Source of the DNA: an uncultured virus (IMG/VR IMGVR_UViG_3300037458_001243)
Lineage: Duplodnaviria; Heunggongvirae; Uroviricota; Caudoviricetes
Reading direction: 5' to 3' (one strand)
IMG/VR virus record: IMGVR_UViG_3300037458_001243
DNA: 64,000 bases
Shown: positions 56,929-64,000 of the stretch, one piece after another
How the letters are laid out: each line of letters starts with the position of its first letter
Numbering within the stretch: position 1 is the first letter of the stretch
Translations under genes and position numbers: made by a program
The notes under the pieces: generated by a model
The model's database searches: none
The model's input: the letters and a program-made list of their open reading frames with translations, nothing else
What the model was told of the DNA's origin: nothing

Positions 56929-56962
56929 ATCGCTTCGTCTATTTATTCGGTAAATGGTATGG

Positions 56963-57325
56963 TTAAGCTTCAAGAACCCATCGGCGCTTAGCTCGCGCAA
57001 TAGGCTCAATTTGCTCAATCATTGCTGTGAAGCATCCACTTTGATAAAAATCTACCTTGACGCTCTGGTCATCTAACCGTTCGCAGAAAACGTGATGCCC
57101 GTTCGGATAGATGTCGTGTGGGCCATGCCCTGTACCACCTCCATCGTTGGTTGTTTTATAAACCACATACTGCCCAGCAAAGTAAGCTAATTTTCCGCCA
57201 ATTTTAATTTTTCCACGGGTGATTTTGAATGGCCCTTTGTGGTACGAGTAAATTAAATGCTCTGGCACATCTGCATAGACCTCATGGCCATCTTTCAATT
57301 CGATAATATCGCCTTCTTTAAGCAT
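56963..57325 (-). CDS. Hypothetical protein
   Basis: 120 aa; GGGTGHGPHDIYPNGHHVFC. Confidence 0.7.
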   Translation of the reverse strand: MLKEGDIIELKDGHEVYADVPEHLIYSYHKGPFKITRGKIKIGGKLAYFAGQYVVYKTTNDGGGTGHGPHDIYPNGHHVFCERLDDQSVKVDFYQSGCFTAMIEQIEPIARAKRRWVLEA

Positions 57326-57327
57326 CG

Positions 57328-57858
57328 TTATTTACCAAAATACCAAGACGGTTGACGATCATCCCGAACTGGATTTTCTCTGTCCCATTCGGTTATGTTA
57401 AGAACATAGCCGTGTTCTTTTACGTACTCATCTACTGCCTTAATTACTCCCAATTTCCCACTCGCAGATTCGTAGTAGTCATGCCCCGAGACCATCCCGC
57501 CGGGCCTTACTTTTGGAACCCACGCCAGCAGATCATCCCTTACTGCCTCATACGAGTGGTCGGCGTCGATGAAGACGAAATCCAAAGATCCGTCTTTAAC
57601 AGATTCCGCTACGTCAACGCTCTTACCACGGATAATCGTTACGTTGGGATAGCGAGAAAGCGTTTCCACGGCCAGCGGATAAGCACGTTCCCGCCAGGTC
57701 TTAATCGCCCACGAGTCGACACAGAGTAGGTTAAGATTCGGTATAGTGTCCAGTAACAGTCTGGAGTAGTACCCCACATAAACGCCGATCTCAGCGCCTT
57801 TTGTATAGCCCCGGCGGGCGAATTCTTTTGCGAGTTCTGTTCTGTTTTTCATGAGCAT
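57328..57858 (-). CDS. Class I SAM-dependent methyltransferase (Methyltransf_24-like)
   Basis: GAEIGVYVG, VDSW, LDFVFIDADHSYEAV..D, KVRPGGMVSGHDY; exact start uncertain. Confidence 0.9.
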   Translation of the reverse strand: MLMKNRTELAKEFARRGYTKGAEIGVYVGYYSRLLLDTIPNLNLLCVDSWAIKTWRERAYPLAVETLSRYPNVTIIRGKSVDVAESVKDGSLDFVFIDADHSYEAVRDDLLAWVPKVRPGGMVSGHDYYESASGKLGVIKAVDEYVKEHGYVLNITEWDRENPVRDDRQPSWYFGK

Positions 57859-57949
57859 TTTGATTGCTAAATGCAACACCCCTGATAAGGTATTATAACT
57901 AAAATTAATCGGTTTTGCGACACCTATACAAGAATACTACTGGCAACAT

Positions 57950-58660
57950 CTAAGACTCAAAACAAAAAACTTCTGTACATCGTAACTCTTGCTGAACGAG
58001 CCGCCACGGTCTATCCCACCCAGGTAAGTTCTCAATCACGTCTTCTTTCCAATTCTCTGGCTTACGAACAAAGTCATCATAATTCATCTTTGGCGCAGTC
58101 ATCGACCGAGTATGCCTTATGTCGATATTTGGGTACGTAGACCTCCATTCTTCCTTTAAAGCAAACTCCCCTTCTTTATTAAACTTCCCAGGTTCATATC
58201 CCATCGACCTAGCCCAAACCGGATTACCAAAAGTAGGGATACTGGCGTAATCCCGTTCTTCGATAATCCTTAGCCGGTTCCGATAGAATTCCCGCGCCAG
58301 TTTCCGATTCACGCACAGCCCGGACACTGAAGCGTGGTGGTCGTATGTGATTACTTTGCGGGTATAATAATCCCAGCGCCACACGTTTACGTTGTAGTAA
58401 AAAGTATCGTCTGTAAGCGGCACGAACTCAAAGTGCGACGGGTGATATAAAATGTCATGCTCGCAGAAAAACACGTAAGTTTCTTTGGCACGTTCCAAGC
58501 AGTCATAAATCTGCTTGAACATACTCAGCGCACCAATCTTATCAACCACTGTATCATTCACAGTGATTGGTAAACCTGACTTTTGTAACTGCCGCCAACA
58601 ACCCTCCTTGATCTCTGGTTTTAATCGGTTTGAAGTGTAGTAGATGATGCCTACGGACAT
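57950..58660 (-). CDS. Divergent GT-A glycosyltransferase
   Basis: IIYYT, SMFKQI...AKETYVFFCEHDILY (DxD-like EHD), DIRH; start MSVGII. Confidence 0.65.
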   Translation of the reverse strand: MSVGIIYYTSNRLKPEIKEGCWRQLQKSGLPITVNDTVVDKIGALSMFKQIYDCLERAKETYVFFCEHDILYHPSHFEFVPLTDDTFYYNVNVWRWDYYTRKVITYDHHASVSGLCVNRKLAREFYRNRLRIIEERDYASIPTFGNPVWARSMGYEPGKFNKEGEFALKEEWRSTYPNIDIRHTRSMTAPKMNYDDFVRKPENWKEDVIENLPGWDRPWRLVQQELRCTEVFCFES

Positions 58661-59445
58661 GACAACCCAAACCTCTCCATCAGCCACGACAGGTCATGCT
58701 TACGCCCTTCCCAGCGATTGTTCAGCCAGTAATCCTTACTGTAGGTATTGCCACGCTTTACGTCCACCCCTCGCGGCGACACCACCCGCCCGAAGCTGCG
58801 ATGTTTATGAGCATACCACGCGGCTTTATTAACCATTACCTTGCCGCCGCCGAGCCAGGTTTTCAATGAAATCTCAGTGCCTTCTTGTGTGAAGGGTCCG
58901 TAATTCACCTCATCCAACGGACTAATCCGTTTCCAGTGATCCCTGTGCAGCAAGTAAAACGATCCCTGAATCACCATCGTCTCATCAAGCAAAACGTCGG
59001 CTCGTTCCTTGCGCCGCGAGCGCCATGTCGCACCACCAATCTTATCAGGGTTGTCGATTACTAACCGCTCGTAGTCAATAGGCGTAGGATCGCCCTCGTA
59101 AATGCACCACTTCACTGGATCAAGTTGATAGCGACGTGGGACTACAACCCAATCCTTTTGTGCCGATTCCAGTAATACCTCATCCCAACCATCCGACAAT
59201 ATACAGTGATCGTCGATCTTTACGAGCCATTCACCTGAAGCCAGCGACATACCCTTATTGACATTACCACGTAAACCAAGCCGGGTTTCATTCTTAACCA
59301 CTCGAACGCCGGGAATGTCCACGTCTACAGCATCAGCCATAACAATAACTTCTGGCTTATTTCTGGTTTTTTCTAAAACTTCCTGCACCGTATTAACCAG
59401 TGCAGGATCGTTTACCGTAGGAATAATTACGCTGAGCCAAACCAT
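58651..59445 (-). CDS. GT-A glycosyltransferase, ppGalNAc-T-like
   Basis: LSVIIP, RLGLRGNVNKG...GEWLVKIDDHC...GWD, EISLKTWLGGG...AHKHR. Confidence 0.85.
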   Translation of the reverse strand: MVWLSVIIPTVNDPALVNTVQEVLEKTRNKPEVIVMADAVDVDIPGVRVVKNETRLGLRGNVNKGMSLASGEWLVKIDDHCILSDGWDEVLLESAQKDWVVVPRRYQLDPVKWCIYEGDPTPIDYERLVIDNPDKIGGATWRSRRKERADVLLDETMVIQGSFYLLHRDHWKRISPLDEVNYGPFTQEGTEISLKTWLGGGKVMVNKAAWYAHKHRSFGRVVSPRGVDVKRGNTYSKDYWLNNRWEGRKHDLSWLMERFGLSCP

Positions 59446-60218
59446 TTTGGACGAATGACCTCTTCATAGTAAGGACGCCAAACTTTCAGTGCATAAGCAT
59501 AACCGTCATCACACCGGGCGGGGTTCTCAGGAGTGCCTTGATTATGGGTACGCCGAAATGAGACATGCTTGTGTGCGAACCAGGTCCGTTTATTCACGAG
59601 CAGTTTACCGCCTGCTTGCCAAGTTTTAAAGACCATTTCATGAGAATCCTGAATCAGCGGACCATAATTCTCATGATCCAGTTCGCCAATTACCTGATCC
59701 CACCATGCCTTCCGCATCATCCAGCAAGACCCTTGCATGGACATGGTTTCATCCACTTCCAAATGCGCCCGATCTCGCTCCCGCTGCCGCCAGTGCCGCC
59801 CCTCAAACTTCCTGTCGCCGCTGATCTCCAGCCGCTCGTAATCCCAGTGAGGTAGCGCCATACATTCCCATTTTTCAGGGTCCAGGAAATACCGTCTCGG
59901 CGTAACGATAGCGTTTTCTTCACAGGACGATACTAACTCTACATCGTAGCCCTTTGCATACATGCAATGCTCATCGGAGCGCATTAAATACTCACCCTTA
60001 GCCGCAGCCATACCAGCATTAATAGCGCGGCGCATCCCACGATTTTGCCCCAAGTGTAGATACTTAACCCGCTTGTCCGTGTGTACCTTGTCCGCCCAAT
60101 ACCCATCCAGTACCGGAATAACCTCTATATCTCCCGCCGCGCCGTCCAGCAACGACTGGATAGTTTTATACAAATACGGGTCTTTATAGGATGGTATTAC
60201 GATAGATACTAAAGCCAT
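59427..60218 (-). CDS. GT-A glycosyltransferase, ppGalNAc-T-like
   Basis: VSIVIP, RGMRRAINAG...GEYLMRSDEHC, EMVFKTWQAGG...AHKH. Confidence 0.85.
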   Translation of the reverse strand: MALVSIVIPSYKDPYLYKTIQSLLDGAAGDIEVIPVLDGYWADKVHTDKRVKYLHLGQNRGMRRAINAGMAAAKGEYLMRSDEHCMYAKGYDVELVSSCEENAIVTPRRYFLDPEKWECMALPHWDYERLEISGDRKFEGRHWRQRERDRAHLEVDETMSMQGSCWMMRKAWWDQVIGELDHENYGPLIQDSHEMVFKTWQAGGKLLVNKRTWFAHKHVSFRRTHNQGTPENPARCDDGYAYALKVWRPYYEEVIRPKWFGSA

Positions 60219-60580
60219 TATAGCTCCGCCTTAACCGGAATAACTGCGGTGTGGTCTATGTTGGTACGGCCTAAGTCTGGTGTGCCAGCTACAGTGCTGG
60301 TAATACGATGGGTGATAGTAACCTTAGTAGCACCCGCCGTTACTGAGAACTCTACGCCATAACAATTCGTATAAGTATCTCCAAGGCTATCAACCACACT
60401 CCCTACGTCAGTACTATCAGTCACAATCGTTCCACCGACGATAGAAGCGTCATGCGTGGTGATAGTCTCGTTCGCCCTCAACCAATCTTGGTAAGAAAAG
60501 TAAACCCAATCCGTAGAATCAGGGTCTATCGGATCATTTGTGCAAGTAACTATCCTTCGATTGTTGTGTACGTATGCCAT
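60218..60580 (-). CDS. Putative fibre-tail adaptor protein
   Basis: IDPDSTDWVYFSYQDWL..ETI...ITHRITS pattern; directly after the fibre gene; GAGGT RBS. Confidence 0.6.
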   Translation of the reverse strand: MAYVHNNRRIVTCTNDPIDPDSTDWVYFSYQDWLRANETITTHDASIVGGTIVTDSTDVGSVVDSLGDTYTNCYGVEFSVTAGATKVTITHRITSTVAGTPDLGRTNIDHTAVIPVKAEL

Positions 60581-60594
60581 GCTAAAACCTCATA

Positions 60595-63500
60595 TTAAGC
60601 TGCAATTAGGGTAACCCGATCATTGTCATTGATAGCAATAAGCCGTTCACTGCCGTTAATAGTAATCAGCCTTTCGTTGTCACAAATATTAATAATTATA
60701 TTATTTTTGTTGATTACATTAATTATCCGTCCGGTAGGAACTTCCGGCGGAGTACTTGGTGACGCTGACGGTGACACCGACGGTGAAACCGACGGTGATA
60801 GCGACGCCGATGGGCTTACCGATGGGCTTACCGATGGACTAAATGACGCTGACAGCGATGGACTAAACGATGGAGATAACGAAGCCGATGGGCTTTCCGA
60901 CGGCGATTCAGAGGGGCTTTCAGACGGGCTAAACGAAGGGCTAAGCGACGCCGATGGGCTAGTTGATGGTGACTCAGAGGGGCTAGCCGAAGGTGACTCA
61001 GAGGGGCTAGCCGAAGGTGACTCTGATGAACTTAACGACGGCGACTCTGACGGGCTTTCAGAGGGGCTAAATGACGGCGACAATGAAGCCGACGGAGATT
61101 CCGATGGAGATTCGGACGGGCTTTCAGACGGGCTAAACGACGGTGACTCAGACGGACTTTTCGACGGTGATAGCGACGCCGATGGACTCTCAGACGGCGA
61201 CAGCGATGCTGACAATGATGGTGACAGCGAAGCCGAAGGCGAAATCGAAGGACTCTCTGACGGAGATTCTGATGGGCTCTCCGAAGGGCTTAAAGAAGGT
61301 GATAGTGAGAGACTAGCCGACGAAGACTCAGATGGACTTAATGAAGGGCTAGCCGACGGAGACTGCGAAGGACTTAGCGAAGCCGACGGGCTTTCTGAAG
61401 GAGAAAGCGATGGAGACTCTGACGGACTAAAGCTCGGACTATAGGAAGAGCCAATCGACGGCGATGCCGAGGGTGATATCGACGGACTGATGGATGCCGA
61501 CGGACTTTCAGACGGAGATTCCGAAGGGGACTCAGATGGACTTAACGAGGGCGACAGCGAAGCAGAGGGAGATTCCGAAGGGGATAGCGAAGATGACAGC
61601 GATGGACTTATAGACGGAGATTCAGAAGGACTTAATGAAGATGACAGTGACGGTGACAGGGACGGTGATAGAGACGCCGACGGAGACTCAGAAGGACTAA
61701 GTGATGGGCTTAGAGAAGGCGATAACGAAGCTGACGGTGATTCTGAGGGCGATAAAGACGGACTAAATGAAGGGCTTATCGACGGTGACTTAGAAGGACT
61801 GATCGAGGCCGATAGTGAGGGACTAGCCGATGGGGATTTCGAAGGGCTTAAAGACGGAGAAAAAGAAGCCGACGGAGACTGCGAAGGCGACAGAGAAGGC
61901 GACAGCGACGGACTTAACGATAGGCTTAGCGATGGGCTGAGCGATGGGCTTTCTGACGGGCTCGCCGAAGGCGACAGCGATGCTGAGGGTGATTCAGACG
62001 GCGACAACGACGCCGACAGTGACGGACTCAGCGATGGTGATTCTGAAGGACTAAGTGACGCCGACAGCGATGGGCTTAATGATGGAGATAGCGAGGCCGA
62101 CGGAGACTCAGATGGACTAAGTGATGGGCTAGCAGAAGGACTTGCCGAAGGGCTAAGTGATGGAGACTCAGACGGACTTTTAGAAGGACTTAAAGATGGT
62201 GATAGTGAAGCTGATGGAGACTCAGATGGAGACAGCGAAGCCGATAACGACGGACTTAGTGATGGACTAAGCGAAGCCGATAACGACGGACTAAGCGAAG
62301 CTGACGGACTCTCAGATGGTGACGCCGACGGAGATTCCGAAGGACTTAAACTCGGACTATATGAAGAACCAAGCGACGGTGATGCTGATGGTGATATAGA
62401 TGGGCTTAAAGACGGTGACGCTGATGGGCTAAGCGATGCCGATGGACTCTCAGACGGCGATAACGATGGTGATTCAGAGGGTGATATCGACGGGCTCAGC
62501 GAGGGTGATAATGACGCCGAAGGCGACTCCGATGGTGAAACCGAAGGAGATAACGAAGGAGATTCAGAAGGGCTTTCCGACGGTGATAGCGACGGACTAA
62601 AGCTCGGGCTTAATGAGGGTGAAAGCGAAGCCGACGGACTCTCAGACGGACTCAGTGATGGAGATAATGAAGGACTAATGGACGGTGATTTAGAAGGCGA
62701 TAATGATGGTGATAAAGATGCCGAAGGGCTTTCAGAGGGGCTAAATGACGGCGACAGCGACGGACTTAGTGACGCGCTAAGAGATGGAGACAGTGATGGA
62801 CTAAGCGACGCCGAGGGTGATTCCGAAGGGCTTAATGAAGGACTTAAAGACGGACTTAAAGACGGACTTAGAGATGGAGACTCCGATGGACTCAACGACG
62901 GGCTTAAAGATGCTGATGGGCTTTCTGATGGACTTAATGATGAAGATAATGATGGCGATAACGAAGGGCTAAATGACGGACTTATCGAAGGGCTTAACGA
63001 TGCCGAGGGTGATTCTGACGCCGATAGCGACGGGCTGAGTGACGGGCTCTTCGACGGAGAAATCGAAGGCGACTCCGACGGGCTTAATGACGCCGATGGG
63101 GATTCCGAGGGAGAAAGAGACGCTGATAACGACGGGCTTATAGATGGACTAGCTGATGGGCTAAACGATGGTGACTCTGATGGCGACGCAGACAGACTTA
63201 GTGATGGAGACAGCGACGCCGACGGAGACTCAGAAGGCGATAAGGACGGGCTAAGCGACGGGCTTATAGATGGTGATTCTGACGGACTTAATGAAGGACT
63301 TAAAGACGCTGACGGCGATTCAGATGGAGACTCTGAAGGTGATATTGATGGACTAACCGACGGAGATAGTGAAGGACTTAAAGACGGAGATAGTGACGCC
63401 GAAGGAGATTCAGATGGTGACTCAGACGGACTTATAGACGAACTTAGCGATGGGCTTTCTGATGGACTTTCTGAGGGAGATAAGGACGCCGATAACGAAG

Positions 63501-63999
63501 GGCTAAAGGAAGCTGACGGAGATTCTGAGGGGCTTAAAGACGCACTTATTACAGCAGTCCTTACTACAACATCCTCAACATACTGTGTAGGAATTATTGA
63601 TGGGGATTCAGACGGACTCTCTGACGGAGATTCAGACGGGCTCTCTGACGGAGACGCCGATGAACTTAATGAGGGACTCAGCGATGGTGATAGTGACGGG
63701 CTAAGCGAAGGACTAAATGACGGAGAGCTAGACGGAGACGCCGATGAACTTAATGAGGGACTCAGCGATGGTGATAGTGACGGGCTAAGCGAAGGACTAA
63801 ATGACGGAGAGCTAGACGGAGAGATAGATGGCGATAGCGAATATGAAGCGCCACCCGCCGCCAAGTAAACTTTATTAAGATATAATAAATGAGTATCAGT
63901 ACCATTGCTAGTATGAATAATTCTTATTCTACAATTTCCTGATGAAAAATAATCCGCACCTGCCAATAAATAAAATACGTAGTTTTGTTCTACCGCCGA
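60595..63999 (-). CDS. Mucin-like Ser/Pro repeat protein, probable tail fibre; 5' end outside the window
   Basis: Frame is open to the window edge (SAVEQNYVFYLLAGADY...); about 1000 aa of SPS(L/E/A/I/F/K) repeats; short beta-rich C-terminus. Confidence 0.85.
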   Translation of the reverse strand, partial: SAVEQNYVFYLLAGADYFSSGNCRIRIIHTSNGTDTHLLYLNKVYLAAGGASYSLSPSISPSSSPSFSPSLSPSLSPSLSPSLSSSASPSSSPSFSPSLSPSLSPSLSPSLSSSASPSESPSESPSESPSESPSIIPTQYVEDVVVRTAVISASLSPSESPSASFSPSLSASLSPSESPSESPSLSSSISPSESPSESPSASLSPSLSPSLSPSVSPSISPSESPSESPSASLSPSLSPSESPSISPSLSPSLSPSESPSASLSPSLSLSASPSESPSFSPSASPSISPSLSASLSPSESPSASLSPSESPSISPSKSPSLSPSLSASESPSASLSPSISPSFSPSLSPSLSSSLSPSESPSASLSPSLSPSESPSLSPSLSPSLSPSLSPSESPSASLSPSLSPSLSASLSPSLSPSFSPSESPSASLSPSLSPSKSPSISPSLSPSLSPSESPSASLSPSLSPSFSPSLSPSESPSESPSLSPSVSPSESPSASLSPSLSPSISPSESPSLSPSESPSASLSPSASPSLSPSISPSASPSLGSSYSPSLSPSESPSASPSESPSASLSPSLSASLSPSLSPSLSASLSPSESPSASLSPSLSPSKSPSESPSLSPSASPSASPSLSPSESPSASLSPSLSPSLSASLSPSESPSLSPSLSASLSPSESPSASLSPSASPSESPSLSPSLSLSLSPSLSPSLSPSQSPSASFSPSLSPSKSPSASPSLSASISPSKSPSISPSFSPSLSPSESPSASLSPSLSPSLSPSESPSASLSPSLSPSLSSSLSPSESPSISPSLSSSLSPSESPSASLSPSLSPSESPSESPSESPSASISPSISPSASPSIGSSYSPSFSPSESPSLSPSESPSASLSPSQSPSASPSLSPSESSSASLSLSPSLSPSESPSESPSESPSISPSASLSPSLSASLSPSESPSASLSPSKSPSESPSFSPSESPSESPSESPSASLSPSFSPSESPSESPSLSSSESPSASPSESPSASPSESPSTSPSASLSPSFSPSESPSESPSESPSASLSPSFSPSLSASFSPSVSPSVSPSASLSPSVSPSVSPSASPSTPPEVPTGRIINVINKNNIIINICDNERLITINGSERLIAINDNDRVTLIAA

Positions 64000-64000
64000 T

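Noticed and set aside
55969..60218. GtrABC-type O-antigen conversion cassette
   Set aside because: No multi-pass membrane flippase or transferase; the GTs look soluble and are tightly packed within the tail operon.
60623..63868. Long + strand Asp/Gly/Glu-rich ORFs (60623..61444, 61490..63868, also 50842..51648)
   Set aside because: Antisense shadows of the SPS codons. The minus-strand frame is continuous, includes non-repeat domains and matches the operon direction.

Overview
The window is most of a tailed dsDNA phage genome with podovirus-type head genes: P22-like portal, N4-gp56-type major capsid and large ejection proteins. I see no host genes, integrase, RNA polymerase, lysis genes, tRNAs or rRNAs. 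There are three blocks. (1) 1-14.1 kb, minus strand, GC-rich: terS, small genes, thymidylate synthase, terL, a Q-like antiterminator, an H-NS homologue, dCTP deaminase, portal, scaffold, capsid and head-completion genes. (2) 14.2-33 kb, plus strand: a repeat-rich control region whose small early genes are each preceded by a conserved stem-loop leader, an origin-like AT-rich region, then an AT-rich, G-poor replication module (family A polymerase, exonuclease, primase-helicase, rIIA/rIIB, DUF932, Cas4-like nuclease, SNF2 helicase, VRR-NUC). (3) 33-64 kb, minus strand: a 3712-aa polyvalent ejection protein, tail genes and a glycosylation cluster. The most striking feature is in block 3. Three glycosyltransferases carry motifs typical of eukaryotic mucin-initiating polypeptide GalNAc-transferases. 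They sit with a fourth GT and a methyltransferase in the tail operon, between two putative fibre proteins with long Ser/Pro repeats (about 1000 aa and about 135 aa). This suggests a phage-encoded mucin-like O-glycosylation system for the virion. All product calls come from motifs recognised by eye; no database searches were run.
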